This document shows, piece by piece, positions 27,030 through 40,100 of a stretch of 64,000 bases of DNA. The notes beneath the pieces were generated by a model. That model saw nothing but the letters and a program-made list of their open reading frames with translations. It was not told the DNA's origin and searched no databases. The translations under genes and the position numbers were made by a program. Origin of the DNA: Eledone cirrhosa (taxonomy: Eukaryota); NCBI GenBank assembly GCA_964016885.1, contig OZ024740.1:249984001-250048000 (forward strand), read 5' to 3'. Positions within the stretch are counted from its first letter, which is position 1. Each line of letters starts with the position of its first letter.

Positions 27030-28784
27030 CATCATCATCATCATTTAATGTCAATTTTTTCCACGCTAGCATGGATTAGACAAGTTATCCTGTTGTGAGC
27101 AATGTTGGGTCAGGTGATCATGGCATGCTCATACAGAACCGATTTTGGCTTAATTTCTACAGCTGGATGCCCTTCCTAGCGCTAGCCTCATTTACAGTGA
27201 GTACTGGGTGCTTTTGGTTGTGACACCTACATGACCACTATACAATACGGACTTGGCGTTTTTGCCAAACACGTGGACAAGGTGCTTTTTGCCACGACTC
27301 CTCCATGTCCACTTTACAATAGGTGGGGTGGTGCATATTATACATATCCTTCATCTTCGGCCTGTGCCCGTGGGAAGTCGGGTCTTTTGTATTACTGCGT
27401 AACGCCAGAGATCCTGGTCCTGTGTCATCACCTTTGAGAGGTGCAATTGGGCAAGGTCAGCTTTTATCTCTCCACTCCACAGCTTCCATTTTGAGCATTT
27501 TGCACCTTTTTATACAGCTGTTATCCTTCATATGTATCACATGTCCATACCAGTGCAATCTCCTCTCCTGCACACTGCAAATGATTCCTCTTATGCCTAG
27601 TTTCTTTCTCAGTACGTTTATGCTTTCCCATTCACGTATATTACTATTACTCATCCATCGGAGCATGCAAGCTTCATTCCTATCCAATCTATGCAATTCT
27701 TCTGCATACAGCGCCCAGGACTCGCTACCATGCAACATTGCTGTTCATATGCACGAATCATAGTCTGCCTTTTATTTTGAGTGAAAAGCCTTTTGTAGCT
27801 AGCAGTGGTAATTACTCCCTGAACTTCTTACTCTGGCTACTACAATTACAGAACATCCACCTCCGCTGTTAATTTGGTCACCAAGGTAGCTGTCTACTGT
27901 TTTTACCGATTCTTTCCAGAATTTGATAGTGCTTGTTTCCTGTGGAAGTTTGCTGCCTGTAGTCCTGGTGCAATTGTTATATGTAAAGCCTATGTTTTTA
28001 GCTAAACTTCCTGAGATCCCACTACATTTCTTGTGTACCCATAGTTTGCATTTGGGGCAGAGAATGGATTTTCTACCTACACCTTTCCTACATACTGAGC
28101 AAGGCCATTTCCCTGAGGGGATCAGGGTTCTGTTTTTCTCTTCCACTTACTGGGCCCTTAGTCTTTGTCACGTTGACTTTAAGACCCCTTTTTTCTAGGT
28201 CCTGCTTCCGTTATTGGAATTTGCTCTCCAGTTCCACCATAGATTCCGCTATGAGTGTAAGATCATCCATGTACAGGTGTTCCCATGGGTAACTGGTCTT
28301 AAACTCCTCTGTTATCACTTGTAGTACAATAATAAACAGGAGAGGGCTAAGAACAGAGCCCTGGTGGACGCCAACCTGTATGCTAAATTCCTCGATATAG
28401 TCATTGTTAATCTTCACTGTGCTGACTGCTCCCCTACACATGGCTTGTACGGCCTTCACAAGCCACTCATCTACTCCTAGTTTTCTAGGAGCCCGCCAGA
28501 TTATGGTGCAGGACACTCTGTCAAAAGCTTTTTCCAGATCAACAAATGCCAGATAGAGCGGCTTATTTTTAGCTAGGTACTTTTCCTGTAACTGCCTCAT
28601 CAAGAAGAGAGCATATGTGGTGCTTTTGCCTGGTACAAATCTGAGCTGCATCTCATCTAGATTTACCCAGTCTCTAATCAGCTGTGCTATAACTTTCTGT
28701 TACTTTTATGACCTGGTCCATCAGTTTGATGCCTCTATATTTTCCTCTATCTAGTGCATCTCCTTTACCTTTGTAGCAGTTAAT
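27030..28784 (-). mobile_element. 5'-truncated degraded RTE LINE (family B-related)
   Basis: [47 protein letters not shown]; (CAT)n at 27030. Confidence 0.92.
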
Positions 28785-29163
28785 TATATATATGTGTGGG
28801 TGGGTGTTTGTGTGTGTATTCCATTGAAAATAAGCTTTTTCATATATTCAGTACTGAGAGGCTAGGACTATGGACATTTGGGATTAATAAATCTCACTGT
28901 ATATATATACTTACATTTAACACTTCAATTTAATATGCAACAGAAAACTGATAGATAACTAACTGGCATGCATTAAAATAAGGATTTCTTTGGAAAAGGA
29001 CATGTTTAGAGGTTATGGATGCACTCAACTGAATTGATCCAACACCTGATATTTTCCTGTTATTTATTCTTATCAAACTTTGGTAGGAATGATGATAAAA
29101 ATTAATCCCTGCTGGATCTAAACTTTAAACCAAGGGAATAAATGCAAAAATGCATTTAGTCTA

Positions 29164-30370
29164 TTAACCCTTTAGCATTTACGTTACTCTGTCAAATGTC
29201 GTGTTTATCTATTTACATTAGAGTTAATCGTACTCAACTATATTTGTTTGTAATTTTGTTAATTTTGTCAGCAAATGTTTAGATATTTACAAATATCTAT
29301 TTTTACCTGATTTTGTTTTGTTAAATTTGATTTTTATTGGCAGGTGAAATTAATTAACAGGTGTAAAAGTAAGGACTTTATGGATAAACACAAAAATTAA
29401 AACTTTATGTACCTTACTTGTTAAGTTTAATACAAAAATTATCCAACAATGACCCAGATGTTGACTTCCAACAATTTTACCACTGAATTAATTTAAAATG
29501 CCGCTATAATCAGTACATGGTTTTAGTCTGTCTCTCCATTCCATGCAAATATTTTCATTAAAAAAAGGAGTATAACACCCTTTCACCAGTCAAAATAATA
29601 TTGACAATGTACTCTTACACAATGTACTGGGTAATAGAATTTGCCTAATATTACAAGTTCATTAACAGGTGTAATGTAGGTGTGACACAGGTATTTTTGC
29701 ATATGTGTTCCAATATTTTTTGTTTTTCAAATATTTTTTTCAATATTATTAAACAATATTTCTGTTGTGGAGTTGGCCAAAATACCCTTTACATAATGAC
29801 ACTTTGCAAAAGGAACACATAAAAGAGGTTTCAATTTGGTAACATTTAGCGGTTTTTCTCTTTTGCAAAGAGCACATTCAGCAAACCTTCCTTCCATTAA
29901 TTTTCTGTATTTCATGAAAATCAATATTTTCTTTGTTCACCTCAGATAATTTTGATTTTCTCCCAGCTCTGTGTTTGTGAAAAGTATAGCCTCCATGTAG
30001 CCGAGATGCAACTTCCACACAAAATTTCATGTGGCAGTAGACCTTTGGGATGGTGGATCCTTGTGGCTTTTAGTGAATACAATAAAAGAATTCACAAAAC
30101 ATATCTCCACCATTTCTTTCCAGGGCGTCCAACTGGGTAATAGGCTCAATACTGGTCAGATATGTCAACCCCACCTTATATTTATTGTAAGAGAGGTTAA
30201 CTAAAGGTTTACCTTCAGCCCCAACACTGGTTTGTTGGTTTGAAGATAGGAATAAAATTTGCCATTTGTCTTTGTACAATGTAACTACTATGTTCCCTTT
30301 TTGCACCTGGAGAATGTCCCCTCTTTAATTAATGGTCGAACCGGGGAGCATTTGAAGTATCAACCAGATG
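29164..30370 (-). mobile_element. Decayed piggyBac-like transposon
   Basis: YKDKWQILFLSS...KPLVNLSYNKYKVG (piggyBac KP...YN..GGVD-like), C-terminal Cys-rich CALCKRE; TTAA-CCCTT terminus at 29164. Confidence 0.55.
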
Positions 30371-30496
30371 CAAACACTGATTTAATTTTAAATACCTTGT
30401 TTTTGGCATAATACTCGTTATATAAGTATCACTAAACCGTATATCAGTGCTCCAGTAAGTCCACAGTCTTGGAAATTATTCTATACCAAACATCAT

Positions 30497-32800
30497 ACAA
30501 GTAAAATTTTGTTATAACGAATACCATTATAACAACATTTTTTTCAATCCCCGGCCACAAACTTATTAAAATGATAAAAGAATCTCGTTTTAATAAATTT
30601 GTTACAACGAATGAAAATTGAACCCCAAGCAATCAAAATTCCTTGCTACAACGAAAATAAAAAATTCGACACCCTTCTCTCAGAATTGTCATCCAACCAA
30701 AATGCTTGAACCCAAAAATGCTATTTCAAATTCCCCACATGGTATTTCTTTTTGCACACATGTGATTATTCAAATATCGATGTTCAGACACAATAGATGC
30801 ATCATTTACAAACATCTCTCTCTCTTTCTTGTTTTTAGAAGCCTCAGTGAAGTTCTTAAACTGTAATATCTAATTAAGTACAGTATTTCTATCACATTTC
30901 AATATCTTTCTTGTTATTATTTTATATTTAATATTCTATCTACATTGTTCTCACATTCTTATCACATTTTCTAAACTCAAAAACATTTTTGCTATAAGAC
31001 AATGTAGAATATCTATTTGAAAAAAAGACCTATTTGTTCTTACTGATTCAATTCATTCTTTGTCGACCTACTATTGAAATTTGGATACTTTTGCAAACAC
31101 AAAGAACACAAAAAGTTGGAAATTCTGAAAGCTGTTGATTCTGGGAAAAGAAATTGGCTCCAGGAGGGCAGATGCCTTAGCAGAAACATGGTTTATGAGT
31201 GTAGAGTAATTACTAATAACAAAACCTTCACTTATATCGGAGTTACGGCTAACAAATTTAAGGAACATTAAAATTTAACATTACTCCGTCAACATTATCC
31301 ATGATTGTTAAGAATCAGTCTAAAGTTAAAGAAAAATCTAAAGAGACAACGAAAATGCCTAAGGGCTGCGATGTTCGAAGATATCGACAAAGCAGCTTTT
31401 GTGTGGTTTACAAACCAAAGAGAACAAAATATACCAATTAGTGGTCCACTTATTCAAGAGAAACCTTTGGATATGGCGAAACTTTTGAGTCTCTTGGATT
31501 TTCAGGCCAGTGTCGGATGGCTGAATCAATTTCATCATCGATTCGGTATAACAGCCTGAATCATCTGTGGTGAAGGAGCTGATGTTCCAGTAGAAAAGAT
31601 GATTGAGTGGAAAGAAGGGGAAATCAAAAATATTATTTCTTCTTACAGCAAAGAAGGCATATTTAGTGCAGATAAGACAGTTATTTTATATCAGTTGTTG
31701 CCTCATCAAACTCTCGCAACCAAAGGAGATCGCTGCAAAGGAGGAAGCAAGTCAAAACAACACTTAACTGTTCTTGTTTGTTGCAACTCAATGGAAACTG
31801 AGATATTTCCTCCTTTTGTTATTAGATGATAAAAAAACCCAAGATACTTCTAAAACGTAAAGTATCTTCCAGTTAAATATGATGCCAACAAAAAGCTTTG
31901 ATGACAAGAGAATTATTTACCACCGGGTTAATTGAACTGGACAAGAAAATGAGGAAGACAAAATGGAAAATATTGCTGTTGGTAGACAACTGTTATGTAC
32001 ATAGCAAACTGCCATATTTAGATAATGTTAGGGTTGCGTATCTTCCACCAAATTGCACTGCAGTTTTACAACCACTGAATCTAGGCATAATACTACATCT
32101 TGAAAACTCATAACAGAAAAAAGCTGTTGAAAAAGATGCTTTTTAATATGAACAATAGTGAGGATATTCCAACAATTGATGTTAAACATGTAATTGACAT
32201 GATAGCAGCAGTATGGTGGACAGTGAAAAAGGATACAATTGTAAAATGTTGGCAAAAATCTGGTTTATTTACAACTTCAGAAATAGTCCTTAGTGATAAT
32301 GAAATAGATTTTGAAAAAAACAAATGTGATGAAGAAATTCAACAATTGTGGAATTCAGTTTCAGCTATAAAAGATTTTCCACAAAATCTAAGCTTTCAGA
32401 TATTTATTACTGTAGACGATTGCTTGTTAGTATCTTATGAGCTAAGTGACTGTGATATAGCCAATAGTGTTAAGAAACCAGAATTTGAAACAGGTGCTTC
32501 AGCAAAAGATAACTTTGTCAGAAGCATATTCTTGTAATGAAAAAGTACAGCAATACCTTTTTTCTTGTTCTGAAGTATTGGATACTGTGTTACAAGAATA
32601 CAGGAATTGAAAACTTTCTGTAAAGTCAAAAGGTCAAATCAGCTCAATCCAAAATTATTAATTTTTCTTTTCAAAACCGAATTGTTCACATGATTCTTCA
32701 ACTGATTATTCTTACATACAAATGCATGAATAAAAGTATCTTTACGATTTGTGGCTCTTTGTTATTACTCATCATTTAAATTCGTTAATATTCCAAATTT
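30497..32800 (+). mobile_element. Decayed pogo/Tigger transposon (CENP-B HTH + DDE)
   Basis: KKLEILKAVDSG, NIPISGPLIQEK, FQASVGWLNQF, IFSADKT, LTVLVCCN, ILLLVDNC, LPPNCTAVLQPLNLGII in broken frames. Confidence 0.9.
31151..31268 (+). mobile_element. PLE GIY-YIG fragment inside the Tigger ORF
   Basis: Near-identical to 36735-36850; encodes RNMVYECRV...TYIGVTANKFKEH. Confidence 0.85.
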
Positions 32801-33639
32801 CAAATAAAAGGAAATTATTCAAAAGAACATATCTGAAACACACACACACATAAATACACATATATATAATATTAAGGATACTATTTATGGTTATGTATAT
32901 ACTAAAACTTTTTATAGTTATATATATTTTAAACCCTAAACAGTGAAGGTCAGTAATTTATTACTACCTTATTACCAGTAAGATAAATAGCTCAATGTAA
33001 TAACATCAGTTGTTCTACAGAGCAGTTATATAGAATTCACAAGAATCAAAGCTATGTTCAAAGCATTTATTCACTTACAATAGTTTCATCCAAACCTAGG
33101 CTTGGAGTCTGCGGAGCATTTTTCAATGTTTGTACACATGATTGACCTCCTTTCCAACGCAAGGGACATACAGATACATATGTATATATTGATGTACAGT
33201 GGAGTGACATATATTATATTATATTTCTGTATAGCAATTCAAATTCAAAATCACATTAAAACAAAATCAAAGCAAAATTAAAATACAATCGGCAGTTAAC
33301 ATAGATAATGCAAGAGGATAGTTTGTTAGTCAGATGTAGTAGTTATTTTAGTTATTTTATGCGTTAGTTACATGTGGAGCATGCACGTGTGTCTCATTTA
33401 TATATGATTATTGTATGGCAGGGTGTTACATGTAATAGAAGCACTTGTGCATGCCCCACGTGTAACTAACGCATAAAATAACTAAAATAACTACTACATC
33501 TGACTAACAAACTATCCTCTTGCATTATCTATGTTAACTGCTGATTGTATTTTAATTTTGTTTTAATGTGATTTTGAATTTGAATTGCTATACAGAAATA
33601 TAATATAATATATGTCACTCCACTGTATATCAATATATA

Positions 33640-35508
33640 CATCATCATCATCATCATCATCAGGTTTAGCGTCCGTGTTCCACGCTTGCATGGGTTTGGA
33701 CGGGGGTTTTCCCACTTGAGGCAAGAGTGGTTGTCTTGCTCGCATAGGACTGTCTGGCGGGTTTTCTACAGTTGGATGCCCTTCCTAACACCAACCACAT
33801 TTACAGTGTGGGGCTGGGAGGTTTTTACCGTGTTGCCTACACGGCCACATTACAGCGTGGACTGTCTGGCTGGTTTTCTACAGCTGGATGCCCTTCCTAA
33901 CACCAACCACATTTACAGTGTGGGGCTGGGAGGTTTTTACCGTGTTGCCTACACGGCCACATTTACAGCGTGGACTGTGTGTTTTTTGTCGTGACACCTA
34001 CACGATCTCATTTGTTTCGGCCTGGATGTTGTGGGACCAACATAACTTTGCATTGAAAGGGGCGGTGTGGGTGGGGTGGAGGTGGTGGGACGGGGGTGTG
34101 TTTTGATAGAGGTGCCTACTGACTGTAGTAGGTTTTTACTTTGTATTTAGGTAAGGCGGGTCTTCTCTATTACTGAGTACCGCCAAAGGTCTCGGTCCAG
34201 TGACATTGTCTTGGAGAGGTGTAAGCGTGTGAGGTCGGAATTTATCAGCTCGTCCCATGTTTTTCTGGGTCTGCCTACTCCGTGGCTACCGTCTATCTTT
34301 ATTGCCCTGCACTTTGTTATACAGCTGTCGTCTTTCATGCGCATCACGTGACCGTACCAACGTAGCCTTCTCTCGAGTAAACAACATCTGATCCCTCTTA
34401 TTTCTAATTTTTTCCTTAGTTCGTTTATGCTTTGCCGTTCACGTATATTACTATTGCACATCCAGCGGAGCATGCAAGCTTCGTTCCTCTCTAGTCTGCG
34501 TATATCCTCTGCACACAATGCCCAGGTCTCACTGCCATGCAGCATTGCTGTTCGTATGCAGGCATCGTATAACCTGCCTTTCATTTTTAGGGAGAACCCT
34601 CTAGTGGCTAATAGTGGTATAAGCTCTCTGAACTTTTTCCATCCAGTTCTGACTCTAGCTACTGTACTTTCAGAGCACCCTCCCCCACTGCTGATTTTGT
34701 CACCCAGATAACGGAAGCTGTCCACTATTTCTATAGAACCCTCTGCGCAGTTGAAGGAGCTAGTATTTTGTGGGCACTTGCTGCTACTTATTGCACCAGA
34801 GCACCGGCCACATGTAAAATCTATGTTCTTAGTTAGCTTACCTGTGATCCCACTACATCTTTTATGCACCCATACTTTGCATTTGGGACATAAAATGGAG
34901 TTTCTACCTACGCCTTTCCTACACACTGAGCATGGCCATTTCCCCGATGGGACCGCCGCCTTATTTTCTTTCCTACAAACTAGAACTTTAGTCTTAGCCA
35001 GGTTAATTTTAAGGCCTTTTGATTCTAGGCCGTGCTTCCACGTTTGGAATTTCTTCTCTAGTTCGGTCATTGATTCAGCTATGAGCGTTAGATCATCTGC
35101 GTATAGGAGTTCCCATGGGCAGCCGGTCTTGAACTCCTCTGTTATAGCCTGAAGGGCAATAATAAATAGTAGGGGGCTAAGTACAGAGCCCTGATGGACA
35201 CCAACTTTTACGCTAAACTCTTCACTATATTCGTTGTTAATTCTAACCTTACTGACTGTTTCTTTATACATGGCTTGTATAGCTCTCACAAGCCATTCGT
35301 CAACACCTAGTTTTCTAAGAGACCACCAGATAATGGAACGGGGGACTCTGTCGAAGGCTTTCTCCAAGTCGACAAAAGCTAAGTATAGGGGTTTACTTTT
35401 AGCTAGGTACTTCTCCTGTAGTTGTCGTACAATGAAAAGAGCGTCTGTGGTACTTTTGCCTGACACAAACCCGAACTGCATTTCATCTAGATCAATTCTC
35501 TCTCTGAT
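33640..35508 (-). mobile_element. 5'-truncated young RTE LINE (family B); RT frame open to the stop at 34147
   Basis: Open frame [25 protein letters not shown]4HC3 finger, FRYLG, GRPRKTW; ~480-bp 3' UTR and (ATG)n tail. Confidence 0.95.
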
Positions 35509-35565
35509 TCTGTATGTCTCTTGCATTGGAAAGGAGGTCAATCATGTGTACAAATATTGAAAAAT

Positions 35566-35610
35566 GCTCCGAAGACTCCAAGCCTAGGTTTGGATGAAAC
35601 AATTGTAAGT
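35566..35610 (+). ncRNA. Type I hammerhead ribozyme-like motif, variant core (second locus)
   Basis: gcu CCGAAGA c-UCCAAGC cuag GUUUGGA-u GAAA CAAUUG UA agu; stem changes relative to 12480 are G-U wobbles. Confidence 0.6.
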
Positions 35611-36089
35611 GAATAAATGCTTTGAACATAGCTTTGATTCTTGTGAATTCTATATATATATGTGTGTGTGAGTGTGTTCAGTAAAAGTTGTTTTGGTAAA
35701 AACAAGAGAAAGCTCTCTATATTCGTAGTGTGTAGTTATGATAGAGATTCAGTATAAGAATAACATTAAGAAAGATGCTGATGTTACATAAATCATTTAT
35801 TCATTATAAATATTTCAGCGATTCCCTTATGCAATCCATGATGTAATGTATGCATTTGTTGTTGGTATGGGAACAGTATCTTTAGATGAAGATTAGTGCA
35901 GGTTACAAAGAGAAAATTAAATATATACCTAACTGAAAGCATGACTGATGGAACCAGCTGTTGGGGAAATCTGGCAGGGAATGCCACACCCACCCCGAGA
36001 AGTGAAACCACACAACAGCATATAAATAGAACTAATCCTAGAGGAATTGAAAACCTAGACAAAAAACCTAGACAAAAAACCTAGACAAA

Positions 36090-37140
36090 AATAATTCCGG
36101 GCACCGTATAATAAACATAGATCCGACTTCACCTACCCTAGACGTCGCAGGCACCAGCTAAATAAATGGGAAAGAGTCGCGCCGCCTCAATGTATGGTCA
36201 AGTAGGAACGTAGATTCTATTGACATGGCCAATCCGGTAGGCGGCGGCAGACCAGAGGATAAAACCATTCTGAGCGCCCATGACAGTTATGTAATACATA
36301 TCCAAACAAGACAGGGACCGGGACTGGAGCCAGCACTATAAAATGAAGCTGTTCCCACAACATCGTCTGGTATAACTCCCCCTCTACCTTCTGCACTGGA
36401 CTACGCAGCAACCTCACAGCCAGTTTCCTTCAGGGCATTGGATAAACACTTCCCGAAACAACACAGGTAGCACGCAGTATACAATTTGCACACAATTAAA
36501 CTATCCTACTCCACAACTAGAAACCTAGCACAGAATATAGAATCCATAAACCAGAGTAGATTAAGAAATGCTCGCGACTCTGGGAAAAGCAGCAACTGTA
36601 ATGAAACATACAACCCAAATACTTCATCCCTCGGAAATATCACGATAGACCGAGCATGACCACGGAATCAAACAGCACGATCCAGAAATCCAGGCAACAA
36701 CACATCCCTGGAATGTAATTGTAGAAACCCCAGTAATTGGCTCCAGGACTGCAGATGCCTTAGCAGAAACATGGTTTATGAGTGTAGAGTAATTACTAAT
36801 AACAAAACCTTCACTTATATCAGAGTTACGACTAACAAATTTAAGGAACACTGGTACAACCACTGCTACACCCTTAAAAGAATAGATAAAAGAAACAGCA
36901 CCACTGTCTCAGAAGAGGTGTGGCAGCTCAAACATGACAACATTGGGTACACCCTGTCATGGTTCATGGTTACCACAGCCCAACCTTATAAGGAAGGAGG
37001 GCATGACTTGTGCAATCTCTGTATCACTGAGATAATGGACATAATTAAGAGAGGACCACAGGTTATTAATAAAAAGAACTTATTCAGCACCTGCCACCTC
37101 AGATCAACTGGAACCTTCCTCAGACTATACAAATAACAGC
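36090..37140 (+). mobile_element. Degraded Penelope-like element 3' part (RT C-terminal region, linker, GIY-YIG)
   Basis: NIVWYNSP, FLRALDKHFP and TIKLSYSTTRNLA motifs readable at 36359-36530; MVYECRV..TYIRVT..FKEHWYNH; CNLCITE. Confidence 0.8.
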
Positions 37141-40100
37141 ATGGATGTAAAAGCTATGGGTTGGCACCAAACCAGACCATGTGGAACTGGGTGTGACCAC
37201 ACACTGACATCAACCTAGGGTGAAACTTTGATACCCCATATATGTCTCCCACAAATCACAGTACTACCATTCACATATAGGATTATATACTCACGGTATG
37301 ATGGTCCATGTTTTTTGTACTTTGTACTCTGTATTCCCTATGTATATCTGCATTTATATCTATATGTGACAATCTGTTTTGTTTTGTTTGTTACCTACAA
37401 CATTATATGCTGGTTGTACCATGTTAAATTTACAATGTTTTTCTAATGTGTTAGGATATGTTATATGGTTACATCATGGTACACTGCCTTAATTATGCCA
37501 TCTTTCAACAACTCAAGAACAGCATAAATGTGTCCACGCATGTATGTATATCAACATGTTTATATGTATGCGCAATAGAATACATGTGTCCATCTTACAT
37601 GCTTACGCACGTGCATGCACATTGTGATATTAGCCTTTTCGTATTACCTGCCGTATGGTGCTATGTTTTGTCAGATATACAGTCATATATGCAGGTCCTG
37701 TGCAAACAAGTGCATATGTCTGTAGTTCTGATTATTTTCACCTTCCTCACTTTTGTTTTCCCTACCCTACTGTACTAATAATTATATCTCCATCTTTATC
37801 CTTACCTTAATTTATCTATTTATTTGAATAATCAGCATCAGTATATCCTTTCTTCGATATCTCTACCCCATTCATGCTTAAATCCTTTATATATTTATAT
37901 TTTATCTACAATCTAGTATTCCAGTGACACAGTCCTTCCTTCTAATTTGTTTAGTTGTTGTTGCTGTGATTGGTTGTTATTGTTATTACCCCATGGTTTT
38001 GTGTTCTATTCCACTACCTGGCACTTTGAGCAAGTGTCTTTTCCTAAAGCCGCAGACAGAATTTGGTTGACAGAAACGTGTGTGTGTAAGCAATGTAAGG
38101 TAAGACACAGAAACAAATGCGCACACAGGAAGACCACAAATAAGGGTAGTATGGTGAGTATATTGAAGAGGTAGAATCTCAGTTGCAAGCCCAGCTATTG
38201 GGATTCTACTTTTTCAATATACCCACTCTGCATCTCATTATGCATTGAGTACTACTCTGATTTGTAATCTTTACACAGGCAGTGATATTTATTTATGTAC
38301 TGCATAAACAACATGGCTGATAGTTCAGCAGTTTAATGTGAAATGATTGGCAACTTACTTTAAAAAAAAAAAATATATAAAAGTTGATAGCAAGTAGGAT
38401 ATCCAGCTGTAAACTACTGCCTCAAAAAGCAAACAAAAAAGTCTCAGTCCAGCCCATGAAAAAATGGTGTAGAAACAATGATTGTGATGGTGCTAATGAT
38501 GATGACAGAAATGGTTTATGTTTGGAAAACAGTGCCTGTGTATATAAAGAATAAAGAAACAAAAAAAAAAAACATTATTGTGACGGTAGGGTTAGAATTA
38601 TTTATTCATCACTTGATAAACCTAGAGTTGTGCATTTTAGTACAAGGGTAGAATACAAAATAGTTTTACAAAAAGCTGGGTTTCGTAAGGGGAAAATAAA
38701 AAAAAAAGGTCATGGTAATTTCAGAATTTCTCACGAAAGGAATGTTAATAATTAGGTGGTGTGGTTACTGAGTACTTTGAACAATATAAGATTTGAAAGT
38801 CAAAATGTGTCAATGTTTTTTTTCTTCACTTCTGGACTTTGGGTTAAAAGATATGTTTCACACAAAGGGAAATAAAAGGATATTTATTAATTTATTAGTA
38901 TGTGGTGATGATGGGGGTGATTACTAGGTCCACCCAGAGAGAAATTTTGCATAGCAGAACAAGACTGCTTTTGCCCCAACTTCCATGGAGGTGGGAAGCT
39001 TCTCTCAAAATTTCAAGAGGGTTGAAAGGATTTTTTAAGGTGTGGGTGGGGTCAGCTATTCACAACAGTGGAGAGGCAGATCGATGTACTGGCTGAATAC
39101 CCCCCCCCCCCTTCCTTAGAAGCTCTGGTGGTTACTCTGTCTCTGGGTTGCTGTTAATGTCAGTGGATGGGTTTATGTATGTAAATAAGCCCAGTCAGCT
39201 GTTATATGGTTGAATTTTTCTAATCATCAAAACATATCTACTTGCAACCTCTCTATTTCTATTTAGCAATGTTAAAAGTTTTCAAATGGTGAAGAGGACC
39301 AATCATGTTCTGGTCTTTACTATGTTTAAACATCAAGTGGGGAAAACAATTTTGAATCATAATTACTCGTTACTATCCTAAATTAGTAAATAATCCTCAA
39401 GAAATTGTGATGGCTAAATACCATGAGACACGGATGTGGTGGTGGTGGAAGGGGAATGCAGCCTTACATTATTTGCAATTCTTTTGTAGCTTGGGAAGCA
39501 GAAAGGATCATAGTGTTTAGAAAGAAAAAAAATTGCTCTTAAACTGCTATAAATATCCTAATAAAATAAATGACCATTTGCATATTCTAAATTTGAATTA
39601 TGGATAGAAAGGAATATTTTGATCGTTTTTGAAATTGTGCATTCATTTGTAAAGAAACTCATATTTTGTTGATTGACAAATTATTTTCCACTTATTCTAT
39701 AAATCAACTTTTTCTAATTTCTGTACAGGACATCCCAGCAGACTATAAAAATTTCATATCCCATACATTTTCTTTTTAATGTTTAGTCAGGGAGGAAAGG
39801 GCAGCACCTATAACTCTTCTCAAGGTCTCCCTCACTGGAGAGAAGGAGGGAGATATCTTCAAACTAGAGACCTTGTCCAAATGTTTGGAATAAAGTGTAT
39901 TCTGTTAAAGGCACCCAAAGATCATGTGGGGTGATAAACTGTGACAACAAATTAAGTCTATCACTCAAATTTATAAAGATTTATTTTGCAGATTTGTATT
40001 AAGAATCAGTAAAACTGAAGCAATTAAAAATAGCTTCCAAATTCAATTGAATCAATTATTTCTTTAATGTAATAGCTAATCTTCTATTGTTTATCTGTTT

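Larger units (their letters stand above)
32870..35656 (-). mobile_element. Inverted-repeat element with hammerhead-like motif (locus 2), interrupted by an RTE insertion
   Basis: Long arm 32870-33388; inverted arm 33446-33642 resuming at 35509-35656; homologous to 11612-12727. Confidence 0.78.

Noticed and set aside
36054-36090. Three copies of a 13-bp unit (cctagacaaaaaa)
   Set aside because: Simple slippage repeat with no spacers; not CRISPR-like.
37200-37232. cugacau...ccuagggu-GAAAC after the 36-37 kb PLE remnant
   Set aside because: The core does not match CUGANGA and the stems are unconvincing.
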